This document shows positions 48,698 through 59,630 of a stretch of DNA of 59,630 nucleotides, one piece after another. This DNA comes from Sporopachydermia quercuum (taxonomy: Eukaryota). The DNA lies in NCBI GenBank assembly GCA_001599295.1, contig BCGN01000005.1, positions 1,426,001 through 1,485,630 of the forward strand, written 5' to 3'. A program made the translations under genes and the position numbers. Under the pieces are notes generated by a model. That model saw nothing but the letters and a program-made list of their open reading frames with translations, did no database searches and was not told where the DNA came from. Position 1 is the first letter of the stretch. Every line of letters starts with the position of its first letter.

Positions 48698-49618
48698 TCA
48701 AAATTGTCTGCTCCACGACCTAAGTTTTTCATACGTGAAAAAAATAACAGCGTTAGATGGAGCAGCTCTCAAAACTGTTACGCCCATGCCTCTGTAAAAA
48801 CCCTTGAATCCAGCTTGGGAATAAATCTCCTTAGCTGTTTGAACAAAATTTCTATTATTAGATTCTCCTAGAACTGATTCTGTTTGCATTTTACTTTTTA
48901 TGGTGTCAGCAGGAAATAACGATACGTTATAAGAGATGCCTGCACATGCGCCGCTGAATAGCAACTCTCCAGTAGTGTTCTCCTTTGCATTTCTCCTACT
49001 CCGTAACTTTTTTCCCACATATTCGTAGGATCCAAACCAACTGGCACTACCTCCACATTCTCTTAATAATGTACCAAGTTGTCCTCTCCAAAACCCTAAT
49101 AGACCAGCGGTTTTGAATGTTTCAGCAATTAATCCGAAAACACCTTTCATTTTCACTGGTTTGCCTTCTATGTTGGTAATTCCTGATGGTATGTAAAGTC
49201 GTTGCACTTGCATCTTACATTTGATCAATTCGATCGGTGTGAGAATGAATGAAGCAACAATTCCACTTATTCCTCCAGCAGTCACTTTCCCAAATATTTC
49301 AAGGTTTTTGTCTTTATCTAAATTGAATAGTTTACTCTTAATCAAAACATCTTGGGCAATGTTATAGGAAACAAATAAGCAAGCATTTTCGGCCGCTGCT
49401 CCAAGTAAGGGAGAACTGATACCTCTATAAAACCCAGTTATTCCTTCTTGATGTAAAGTCTGTCTGAAACATTGTATTGGGCCGTTGAAAATAGGTGGAT
49501 TTGGTTGGGATTGCAATCGTACTTTGATGGTATCAAAGGGATACTCAATTATCTTCCCTACACTACCAGCTATAGAGCCGAAAAGGATATCTTGGATGGA
49601 CTCGTCAAGAAATGTCAT
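48698..49618 (-). CDS. ORT1: Mitochondrial ornithine/basic amino-acid carrier
   Basis: Start at ATG 49618 (MTFLDES), 306 aa. Motifs GKIIEYPFDTIKVRLQSQ, GAAAENACLF, LTPIELIKCKMQ, RECGGSASWFG and FPADTIKSKMQ. Confidence 0.88.
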   Translation of the reverse strand: MTFLDESIQDILFGSIAGSVGKIIEYPFDTIKVRLQSQPNPPIFNGPIQCFRQTLHQEGITGFYRGISSPLLGAAAENACLFVSYNIAQDVLIKSKLFNLDKDKNLEIFGKVTAGGISGIVASFILTPIELIKCKMQVQRLYIPSGITNIEGKPVKMKGVFGLIAETFKTAGLLGFWRGQLGTLLRECGGSASWFGSYEYVGKKLRSRRNAKENTTGELLFSGACAGISYNVSLFPADTIKSKMQTESVLGESNNRNFVQTAKEIYSQAGFKGFYRGMGVTVLRAAPSNAVIFFTYEKLRSWSRQF

Positions 49619-50188
49619 CGCATTGGTGAAACAATATTTTGTTGATACTATGGCAATGAAATTATATGGATTGAGGAATACTGTGCAGTCTTGGTTTACT
49701 CCTTGAAAAATACTAGTTGCTGATACCTTACAATAAGCGCGAATCAAGGAACTGCGAGAATGTCACAGGAAAATGAGATAAAAAATTTAACGGGGATTAA
49801 CCAGATCGGGGGATAACTGCAGAAAGGTGCATTATGAGTTTTTCATCACTGAGGTGAAGAAATATATAAATCTAGAAATAAATCTAAAACAATTGAGCCA
49901 ATCGACGGAAAAAAGTAATAAAGGAATAAGGCATATGCTAGTAGTATTTTCAGTTAGAAAACGAGTATATTGTAAGAAATATTGCTCGAGTTCTAAGGTT
50001 TGAATGTTGCATATTCTCTCCAATCACTCGACAATACATTACGTGCCGCTACATGTTATTTGATCACATGTACNAAGACTATACATCTACTTCAACCCCA
50101 AAATGTTCATAATTGATTAAGAATTTTTTATTTGAATGACAAACTCATAACATTCAACCAAAGTAGTATATAATATAATGTAAAAAAT

Positions 50189-51013
50189 CTACTTGAGAGG
50201 AATGAAACGAGAAGAGTTGGTAGCACCAATACCTGGTCTACCGTGTCTGACAGGAGTGTAGGAGATAGACAATTCACCGAGGTAGTGACCAACCATTTCA
50301 GGTCTGATTTCAACTTGGTTGAAAACTTTACCGTTGTAGATACCAACAACTGAACCAATCATTTCAGGAACAACAATCATATTTCTCAAGTGGGTCTTGA
50401 CAACAGCTGGCTTTTCGTTGGCAGGAGTGTTAGCCTTGGCAACACGTAACTTGTCAATGAAGTGCTTATACTTGGCTGGGAGACCTCTGGCGAATCTTCT
50501 TCTAACTCTGGCATGAGCAATCTTGGAGAATTCCTTTTGGTCGAGTTCCAAGAGATCTTTAAGATCGACACCTCTGTAGGAGAATGTCTTGAAAATTCTG
50601 TTCTTCTTGGCTAAAGAGATTGTTAGTAATTTGTTAACCATAAAGCATTTACAGATTGTATGATGAACGATAAACCTCTTTTCCATCACATTGTCTTCTC
50701 TCATCAGTAGTAGCGCTTTTTTATGAAAATTGTTGAAGGTAGCGTTTGTTGCTCTAGTATGAAAATCTGTCGTGGGGCCAAATCGTTTTGTCGGTCTAAT
50801 CATCGTATTGAAAATGGATCAAAATTGCTTTGATCCTGTCTGTTGTCTTATTCGTATTTAATCATTTACCCTGAATCTTGATATCATCCAGCTCANCATT
50901 GAAACTGATCTCATGTTCTCGCTTTCGTCACTTTTCCAGGTCTATCGTTATCGTCGCCAACCATTCTCATTTTCCCTTGATTAAAACATACTAGTAGTAG
51001 CAGCGTCAGACAT
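50189..51013 (-). CDS. RPS15: 40S ribosomal protein S15 (uS19), 2 exons, 147 aa
   Basis: Exon 1 51013-50992 (MSDAATT); intron 50991-50611 (GTATGT..TACTAAC..TAG); exon 2 50610-50189 with [17 protein letters not shown] and GHYLGE. Confidence 0.96.
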
Positions 51014-51722
51014 CTTGAAAATGTATTATGTCGATAAATTTAGCTGATACTTTTTCAACCACAATTCAGACACAATAGTNTATTATAAAATATCAACGAC
51101 TGAATAATATGAGATGAAGTATATTTGCTAACGTAGCCTATCCAACTGGAAGCATAGGACCAAACAGGAATCGCTCAGGACGCTGTACCACTGCCTGTAA
51201 GTGAGTTGTGTGCGTCATGTCCATTCAAGATTTCCAAGAGAAAACAACTTCCAATAACAATAAAAAATAAGTGTGACAGTGAAATAAATTACCCTTATTG
51301 GAAATAAAAGTAGAGTCTTCACTAGTAATAATTCCACCCTCAGTTTCATCATGTGATAATGTGCCCTATGAATTAAAAGAAGCAGTCTAATATATTTCCA
51401 GATGTAGCAATAACTCATTCTCTTTTTAAGATAGTATTGTGTACATGTGAGTTTTTATTTTTCACAACGAATCGCACACTAATTAAACTCACACATCGTG
51501 AAAGAGTTATCAAGAGTGTTGTTCAAACAATATTCTATACTACGCTACGGTTCAAGCTTTAGTTACATGATTCTAATCTTTTCCCTTTCCTTTGGTATTT
51601 TTTCTCATCTACATCTGAAAAATTGATACAATCATTTCATAAAGTATCAAAGGATAGTCTGCTCTTGAGAAGCTTAAAGTGATTATTCTAGTTTCAATTA
51701 ATTAATATTAATATTCTTCAAA

Positions 51723-52371
51723 AGTATGTGCATTCGTTCTGGGAATACTAACCATGTTGGAAAGGTTTACTGTTGGATTGGAAGTTATGGGATCTGGTGT
51801 TTATTTGGCTGTTAAATAACGAAGCTAAACTAAGCTGAGCAGATCTCAGAGGATATGTTGTCGGTTGTAAAAGAACCAAACTTCGACAGATGTTCAAGAG
51901 TGAATCGAAAGAATGTTTCAGTGAGATAGGGTGTAATACTGAAGGCGCAATAGTGAGAGTCAAGATACTCCAATAGTCCAATAATCCAATATTGATAGTG
52001 AATTTTGAAATACTTCTGGATTTGAATCTAACATTCATTTAGTGAAATACTTGGCTGCTTACCTTTTACTCACCGCTGGTGGTAATGCTACTCCTTCTGC
52101 CGCTGATGTCAAGGCTGTCCTTGAATCTGTCGGAATTGAAGTTGAGGAAGAAAAGTTGAACCTTTTGTTGTCTGAATTGGAAGGAAAGTCCATTGAAGAA
52201 TTGATCCAAGAAGGTTCCACCAAGTTGGCCTCCGTTCCTACCGGTGGTGCTGCTGTCTCTAGTGGTTCTGCTGTCGCTGCTGGTGGTGCTGAAGAAGCCG
52301 CTGCTGAAGAAGAAAAGGAAGAAGAAAAGGAAGAATCCGATGACGATATGGGATTCGGTCTTTTTGACTAA
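51723..52371 (+). CDS. RPP2: 60S acidic ribosomal protein P2, start codon split by an intron (A^TG)
   Basis: [10 protein letters not shown]...[13 protein letters not shown]. The A at 51723 is joined through intron 51724-52042 (GTATGT..TCTAAC..TAG) to TG AAA TAC. Confidence 0.95.
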
Positions 52372-54629
52372 GCGGGTTAAATTACTTTTTTACAACTCAA
52401 GTAATATACATTTCTCCACAATTAGAAAATTCCTTTTATGAACTTATTGATGTAGGGTCAAGTGACGTGTTGTAGTTGTAATATATTGGATTGTGTTGAT
52501 GTAGGATTTGACGACATGTTGTAGTAGTTAATGGACTTTGACGAAATATCATTAGAATTATCTAAATTTAAATTATTTGTACATTGGGAGGAATGGTAGT
52601 TTAAAATCGTCCTGTTGGAGTACGAAACTTAATAGAAAATGAGCTATGCAATCACTTCGTGCTAGCATTTCTCTTATATGTACTATATTAATAGTGATTT
52701 TTCATGTATATGACAATTGGGTTTCCTTCGCAGTAGATAACCTGCGCAAAGTAATCTTACAACCGCTCTTATATTGCAAAAATCAGTTATTCATCGACCT
52801 ATATTATATGTTACATTGAAACTGTTGCTGTCACAAGTAGTACTTGTCATTCGTTACTATAAGGACTACGACTAGCCAAATATTACTTTGAGCCAACTTC
52901 TTTACAGAATAGTTAAGTCTTTAAGAGCACTTTAAGCACACATATATAAATTCCATAGATGTTTCTCTTTCTTATTATTATATCGTGCTTTTTATGAAAA
53001 GCTTCTGTTCGTTAACAAATTGGTTTACCTTCTAGCAGGTAAGATCATTCAAGAGAGATGTATTACTATTATCATGAACTGTCAAGCTAAACCTTATTGA
53101 ACTATTTTCAGATATCGTAAAAGANCTACTCATCTAGAATGAATCTATTTTTTGAATCTGCGTATGAAAGGGAAAATCTTGCAAATCAAAATATGGGCAT
53201 GAATGTCAGTAATTACTATTAGTAGAAGGATTTCCGTACCTTTACTTTAGAAGCATATGCTACTGAAAAATTAACATGAACAAAGATTTGGAGCGAGTAT
53301 ACAATACATATATATACTGCCGTTTACCAGGCTTTGAAGGATTCCAGAAATTTGAAGGTATATAAAATTCCTATTAAAATATTATCAATTACTTAATATT
53401 TCTATGAGACTCATATTCTTTACCTACTTATTAGCTTCTGCTTGAAAGATAATAGATATCTAAGAGATAAGATATCTGTGTTAGAATGATACTACTATTA
53501 CGGTGATTGATTAACTTTCAGATTAATCATAGCTTCTTCCACATCTTTGTTTAACTAGGTAGACTTATTCAAGCAACCTTACATAATATATATCCCAAAT
53601 TTTCTCAGCTAGGCAGACAAATGATAAAAGACAAAAGACAAGAAAGAAAAGCTCTTGCTAAAATAAAGGTATAATATAAAAATACTTTGNATGTTAAAAT
53701 TAATTGTTGATTAGGTGAACACAAATCAAGAATAAATTATTTAATGATTACTGTAACAATAAATACAATAATCAAATTATAACAACTCTTCAGCATAAGA
53801 ACACGATCGGCTCATTATATTGATAGTCTCACCATACAATCATATCTTTTGCTATATCTTCGAAATCTGTAGATTTATATGCGAATAGCAGTATTGTGAT
53901 AGCAATTAAATTTTAGTGTATAATTTCAAAATGTCTTTGGTTATTCAGCTATAATGACAGTTACTCATGAGAATTGGATGATCTATTATCATTGCGTGAA
54001 ACACGAAAGCGACAAGTTCTCCAAAGCGCCAATATGAAACGTTGATTATTATTTTGCTACAATCTGTGGACAAATTGGTCTGACGCTTTAACTATTGATC
54101 AACGGAACACTTGCTTATCAGTTAATCGCCTAAACACAGATCTCAACAGTCAATTAACCAGGAANATTGATGAATGCTTAGACTTCAATCCTCAATAACA
54201 TGTAATTTGGAACAAGATAACTACTATACTGAATCTAGAATATTGTATTGAATTAATAAAAAAGTCCTGTCAGCGTACCCATTGGACTGTTTCCACCAGT
54301 TTCAAATGGTAATATAGTTGCTAACACAATCCCTACATAAGCTGATAGTCTTATATCTGTGGCGATCGTAATTATAGCATCTTAACTCGAACGTTGTCTA
54401 TGAGCTCTACTTACTAGTCGCAAATTATAATACTTACTAGCTTGTCTTCAAATCAACTACTATGCAATCATTTTAATTTATCACAGAATCAATCTGTATT
54501 AAGAAATCTATCAAACAATAAGAAGCCACAAAGAAGCGCTATACGAATATAAATCAAATATCGACAATCGAAATAAAAATAGAATACGAATCAGAAATAC
54601 TTTTCTTTTTAACATTTGTCCCTATTCTC

Positions 54630-56996
54630 TTAACCTTGAAAGTNAGCCTTTTTGGAGATAGCTTCAATATTAAAATGGGAAACGTCGAACACTGGGGAAA
54701 CCAAGTCATAGAGACAGCTTTCTGGCTCGTTACCATAGAATTCCCAGGTTTCTTCGTCAACATTCAATAGGATCTGTTGATCAGTGTCTCTTGATTGCTC
54801 AGTATCGAAATAGTTGTATGGAGTAAAGATAATTGATGATTGAGCGATGTTGTAAATAGTATTGGGGATATCATTGGCAGAAGGAACATGATGAAGACCC
54901 AAGTTGAACCATGTGACAACGTCTTCCCCTTCAAGAGACTCACCGTTAAGGAAATCACTAAATTGAACATGAGGTTCTAATCTATCATTAGCGGTAATGA
55001 GAGAGGAAGATGTCCATTCAGTATCCTTTTGTTTGGTGAAGAAGACATTATGGCCAGCCCAATTAACGTTATTGGGAACCACAGTCGATGTATTGAGAAG
55101 TCTGGAGACTGGTGATGCACCAGGAACAATTCTGTAAGATCTGGGGTTGTCATAAGAGTTATTGCTTGAAGCTGACTCGATCAACAAAATACCAGCTCCG
55201 TTGGCTGGCCAATCAATTACAGCATCATCCTCAGTCTTAATAACGTTTCTTTCAATGTTTTTAGTAGTATAAGTGAAGTTAGGTCTCCATGGATATTCAA
55301 CCTCAACTTGCTTCATGGCATAATCAACTACATTATTATCTTTTCCAGCAATATCAAAATCGGCCTTGAAGTTGACAACATGATCATGGAAAGATCCTGA
55401 GAGGGTGTCGTGCAATTTGAATCCATATGGAGATCCTGTCTTAGGATTCCAGAAAGCACTCTGGATATAACCAGCAGCGCGAACTGATACTTCGAATGTT
55501 CCATCAAGGAAGAATTTATACAAGAAGTTATAATCATAATTACCAATAGTGTTTATTGTTCTAATGTTGAATGTTGGATTCTTGCTAGTAGAAACATATT
55601 CAGAAGCAGTATGTCTAACGAGAGGATAATCTTCAATAAATTCAAAGGCGCAGAATGTATCGTTCATACTGGTGATGGTGTCTCCACTATGGAAAACACT
55701 AGCAAAAGTTTCTGAACTAGCAGGGCAATCATAACCTTTAACTAAGGCAAAAGAATTAGAGCCGAAATGATAAGCTCTATCGAAATAGCAAACATTTGAT
55801 TGGAATGGATCATCACCAGAGTATTCAGCAATAGCTTCTTGTAATCCGATCTCATACAAGATTCTTTCTCCTTTGAATTTGACATCCCATAGGGCTAAAC
55901 CGAGATCAGCACTGTATGAAACATAAAAGGACCAATCCATCCATTGGAAGTACTTTTCTTCTTCATCAAAAGACCATCTTCTTCCTGCAGGTTCAATGAT
56001 TTCTGGAGCAATACGATTATCTAAATCTCTTGATGGTTCATCATTTCTTCCCATAAATGACCATTCAGTAGACTTAGCGTTCAAAGCAGGTAAGTCAAGC
56101 TCACCAGCCAAATAAGCATTATAGAGGGCATCCAAGGTAGAATAAACTCTATTATCATAGTACCATTCAACAATATTCCACTTTTCAGCATCTGCACCAG
56201 TAAGGTCAATCTTAAAGTATAAACCAGCGAACAAAAGATCTTCAGCAGCGAATTCATTTTCCCCTAAACAGCCACCAAATCCAATTCTAGTTTTGCTCTC
56301 AGCAAGATACTGAACAGGATCAGCAATCCAACAAGAACCATTGGTACCATAAACTAGACCGTTTGTTAAGTTAGCAAAGACTTCAGCAAATTTCTCATCA
56401 TCCAAGAGCTCGTCTAATCTTGTATACAAGATATTTCCAGCTACATTGTCTGCTGCAAAAGCTGCTGCTTCCACTGAACTAGTTCTTGATTTAGTGAATC
56501 CTTGACTGGTTTCTTCGACAGTTGTTTTATTGGATAAGGGTAATGGACCCACTTTATACGTAACATAGTAAGGATCTTTTCCTTCAGAAACGTCACCAAT
56601 GTGAACATATGCTCTACCGTACCTTTCTGGTTCAGTTCCATTCCCATCAATATAAGCAAGAGCATCAGTCTTATTAGGTTTGATACCTTCAACATACCAT
56701 AGGTAGTTAGCTGTGAAGTCAGTGGCATCTTCCATTGGAGTCAGATTAATTGTCTTGTTCAAGATAGTAGCAACATCTTGAAACTCTTCGATTGTGAGTT
56801 CTGCCCAGATGTTCTTTTTGGGAGCCTCAACGAGCAAGTTTTGACCGGGTTGACAAGTAGCATTGTACTCTCTTGCTTGCAAGTTAGCTGGTCTCATTCT
56901 TTCAGTTGGACTTTTTCTCATAAGACGAGGTGGGATACTCAATCCTAAAGCTGATGCTGCTGAAGCAGCAACTAATGCTAATGTTGAGATTTTCAT
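54630..56996 (-). CDS. Secreted copper/TPQ amine oxidase, Komagataella (Pichia) pastoris lysyl oxidase-like
   Basis: Signal peptide MKISTLALVAASAASALG; TPQ motif TIGNYDY; Cu ligands HDH and HHVP; many N-X-S/T sequons. The N-terminal EAPKKNIW and KPNKTDALAY segments resemble PPLO as recalled. Confidence 0.93.
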   Translation of the reverse strand: MKISTLALVAASAASALGLSIPPRLMRKSPTERMRPANLQAREYNATCQPGQNLLVEAPKKNIWAELTIEEFQDVATILNKTINLTPMEDATDFTANYLWYVEGIKPNKTDALAYIDGNGTEPERYGRAYVHIGDVSEGKDPYYVTYKVGPLPLSNKTTVEETSQGFTKSRTSSVEAAAFAADNVAGNILYTRLDELLDDEKFAEVFANLTNGLVYGTNGSCWIADPVQYLAESKTRIGFGGCLGENEFAAEDLLFAGLYFKIDLTGADAEKWNIVEWYYDNRVYSTLDALYNAYLAGELDLPALNAKSTEWSFMGRNDEPSRDLDNRIAPEIIEPAGRRWSFDEEEKYFQWMDWSFYVSYSADLGLALWDVKFKGERILYEIGLQEAIAEYSGDDPFQSNVCYFDRAYHFGSNSFALVKGYDCPASSETFASVFHSGDTITSMNDTFCAFEFIEDYPLVRHTASEYVSTSKNPTFNIRTINTIGNYDYNFLYKFFLDGTFEVSVRAAGYIQSAFWNPKTGSPYGFKLHDTLSGSFHDHVVNFKADFDIAGKDNNVVDYAMKQVEVEYPWRPNFTYTTKNIERNVIKTEDDAVIDWPANGAGILLIESASSNNSYDNPRSYRIVPGASPVSRLLNTSTVVPNNVNWAGHNVFFTKQKDTEWTSSSLITANDRLEPHVQFSDFLNGESLEGEDVVTWFNLGLHHVPSANDIPNTIYNIAQSSIIFTPYNYFDTEQSRDTDQQILLNVDEETWEFYGNEPESCLYDLVSPVFDVSHFNIEAISKKAXFQG

Positions 56997-57189
56997 TTTT
57001 ATTTCCTGGTCAATGGAAATGAAAGAGTTTTAGAGATAGTCTATACTAATGAATACTACAGATCTTGACCTGGGTTGCCAATGATTTTCAAAAGGAAGCG
57101 AATGGAAGAGCTACCAGGGATATTATATCTAAAACAGTTAAATATATGTGAATTCGAGGTCTATATATACCTGAAAATTCGAAACGAGG

Positions 57190-59150
57190 ACGAATCTTTG
57201 AGATAAGCTATGTATCCGAACCAATTAAATGATTCGATAACGTTCTAAACTGTAGTTTTGACTGTTTGACATTTGTAGCATGAGAACTATCGAGCTTTGA
57301 AAACTGATAAGAATTATAAAGTGGAATAAGCTTCGAAGCAAGACTATTAAAGTTCCGAGATAGGAATAACTGAAAAATCTTACGGCTAACGTTTAGAATG
57401 TTAATATGAACAATACTTGTTTATGAAGAATGTGCTTGTGCGTAATGATAAGATCTGAGAAACCAATCAGATCCTAATTTGATGAACTATTGAAAGTGAA
57501 TAAATAAGAATAAGATTACCGTTCGGAGATAATAAGCATTGTCTTCGAAAGCTTAGATATTAACTCTAATGGTGGTAGTAATCTGCTTCGGTTTATTTTA
57601 TATCAACTTTTAGAATATCTGTATCAAACCTACTTTATAATCACAATTAATTTGGGGATTTTATAACCATTAATTATCCGTAGACAGTATGACCAGTACA
57701 GATTGTAGTGTCTTTAAAGCGGGATCTTTGAATTGGAGGAAAATCTTATTTTTGAGTTATAGGGCCCTCCCTTTTCAAATAATTGTCANAACATTAACTT
57801 CATTCGGATAACGTTTAAAACTAAAGTTTACAAGTTTTCCCTACATTTGAATGCATTCAACTGCTTCATTACCAAAGGTCTTGAATAAGATAGTTGAGCC
57901 GACGCTGATGTATTATTCATCAGGGATAGCCTGAACCCTGGTTTCACTATCAAGAAAGTAGGTAGTTATAGCTAATTAAGTTCTGAACCCTAATAATAAA
58001 GGCTATTATTCCTTATTCCGTTATCAAATTCCGCTCTGTCCAGTCTATTTAGGTTAATTAATTGATAGATTACTTTATGAAGGATGATGTATCAATTGAA
58101 AGAAATGATTGATAAAACTAACGGTATCCTAACTTTTAATCGCTGCAAAGAAAACTGATTAATATTGCAGAATGTTGATAATGAATATGGAACTCAATCA
58201 CAATTCTGGGGCAGAGGAAAATTTCATTACGACAAAAGACAATAGATAGTTGGTACTTAGACCCTATAATTATGATTAGGATCTCTTTAATCGATAATCT
58301 TGAAGAACTTGAAATAATAGTTACTCACAGCTCAAAAATTTCCCTTTTGGGCATTATCATGTTGATAACGGTTATGCCTAAAGCGAGTATAAGTTTTAAA
58401 GAGAGGATATAAATATAGTTTTATGGGTGGNTTTAGTATATTACAAAACATCTCAACAGCGTCTTAGGAATTGTAAAGACTTAATAAACTGATAAATGTG
58501 AAGATATAGCGCAACTTATCAAAAGATGATTCGTTTTCCCCTAGTTTCAAATTTTGATGCAAAAAGACGTGAAGGAGTCTTAGCTACGACGTGAGAGCTA
58601 TCCAATAGGGTAGAAACTCAAATATGAGAAGCTTACATGACATTAACGTTACCTAGAAGGGACACAAGGGAGTGCTAAATAGCTAATCAGTTACTATGTA
58701 GGTTTGTTCAAGCATACAGCATTGGTTATAAAGTTGGAAGGTTAATTGAGTTCAGGACTGTGCATTAAANGCAGATGGAGAATTGAACCAGGTAGTATTA
58801 GAGGTTAAATTGCGGATTCCGCAGTGGTAGTTCTGAATGCTTTCTTTTCATGAAGTAACAACTCCGACAAGATGATAATTTATTAATGAAATCTTCGAAA
58901 TAACGACTATAACTAGAATATAGATTGAGTTTTGATAATAATGATAAGGCTAATAGACGAACTACGTTGTTAAAAAATTGCGATATTCAAACTGGTATCT
59001 GCTGCTTCCTCGACTGAAACCAGCAGCTCCTGGATCTCAATTGAAGCCTATACACTATTTCCATAGTGAGAAACCATAATCAAGTAGGTTTCTGGTTCTT
59101 CGACCAAATGAGTAACTGGGTGGACTTCAATTGAAACTATATAGATAAGT
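57190..59150. promoter_or_regulatory. GATA-rich upstream region of the amine oxidase (candidate nitrogen catabolite repression elements)
   Basis: GATAAG at 57202, 57306, 57447, 58943 and 59144, CTTATC at 58515, plus many GATAA pentamers. Confidence 0.5.
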
Positions 59151-59630
59151 TAAATTATATGCCGTATATGTCATAATACTGTAATATTTACAATTTGTAT
59201 AAGGAACAAAAGTTTATCATATTAATAATATATATTTATCGAATATAGAAGCCAAAGTAAAGGAGGTGGTACGAAAACGGTAATACCAAATACTATGAAA
59301 GTGGAGATAATAGGCTGAACCGTGGGACTTTGAGAGTACTATAACTGAAAAAGAATAAGGTAATAATGAATATTGATAGATTAGTAAAAGCATATNCAGG
59401 CCAAAAAGATGCGACTGGTAAAAACAGAAAACAGTCAGATGGACGAGGGAAAGCAAGGGAAATATCTCGAGGTTAAAGTTGGAGAATGGATTCAAAGAAA
59501 TTTGTAGATGTGGCTATTTGAAGTAGGTAAATAGAAAAAAGAAAGTGAATGAGATAGAGGTAAAGGAGGAACATTCTTGATTGAACAGAAGAACTTAAGA
59601 GGCCTAAGGAGGCTAAGCCGTCAAGCTATT

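Noticed and set aside
47293..49618. Two adjacent carrier-family genes as a tandem duplication or cluster
   Set aside because: They are different subfamilies (peroxisomal nucleotide versus ornithine), convergent, with no sign of recent duplication.
50611..50803. N-terminal extensions in the ORF track for RPS15 (also APT1, ORT1 and the LRS4 candidate)
   Set aside because: Intron or UTR sequence read through from non-ATG or intronic starts; spliced or downstream ATG starts fit better.
52400..54600. Scattered GTAAGA/GTATGA and YAG signals in the RPP2-amine oxidase gap
   Set aside because: No consistent exon chain or recognisable peptide could be built.
1..59630. tRNA, rRNA, snoRNA, CRISPR or transposon features
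   Set aside because: By eye, no T-loop in a cloverleaf context, no convincing C/D box pair, no spaced repeats and no gag/pol/transposase ORF. tRNAscan-SE and Infernal would be needed to exclude small RNAs.

Overview
Gene-dense, AT-rich fungal chromosomal window, most likely from an intron-rich, early-diverging budding yeast (Saccharomycotina). It has GTAAGT/GTATGT/GTACGT/GTGAGT donors, TACTAAC-type branch points, and CTG read as Leu at conserved positions. About 22 protein-coding genes can be supported: a Q/P-rich ORF, queuosine salvage protein (QNG1/DUF2419), ACH1, a coiled-coil orphan, a YML018C/THI74-like transporter, OST3/OST6, a candidate monopolin LRS4, NSE5, an interrupted DOT1, APT1, UNG1, SSN2/MED13, a DUF676 lipase, cyclophilin CYP10/PPIL3, SPT5, YRA1, a DUF4748-like microprotein, PMP47/ANT1, ORT1, RPS15, RPP2 and a secreted lysyl-oxidase-like copper amine oxidase. 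Two multi-exon genes (CYP10, DUF4748-like) are absent from the ORF track and were assembled by hand. The 11-34.6 kb stretch matches the gene content of the S. cerevisiae YML018C-YML023C / YDR438W-YDR444W sister blocks. That supports NSE5 and suggests an otherwise unrecognisable coiled-coil gene is a LRS4/Mde4 orthologue. The most notable RNA-level signals are a 1.6-kb YRA1 intron with a candidate poison exon, an RPP2 start codon created by splicing (A^TG), a MED13 leader intron whose branch point ends a microsatellite, and DOT1 frame breaks without canonical introns. I saw no tRNA, rRNA, transposon or CRISPR element. Homology calls rest on recalled family motifs, not database searches.
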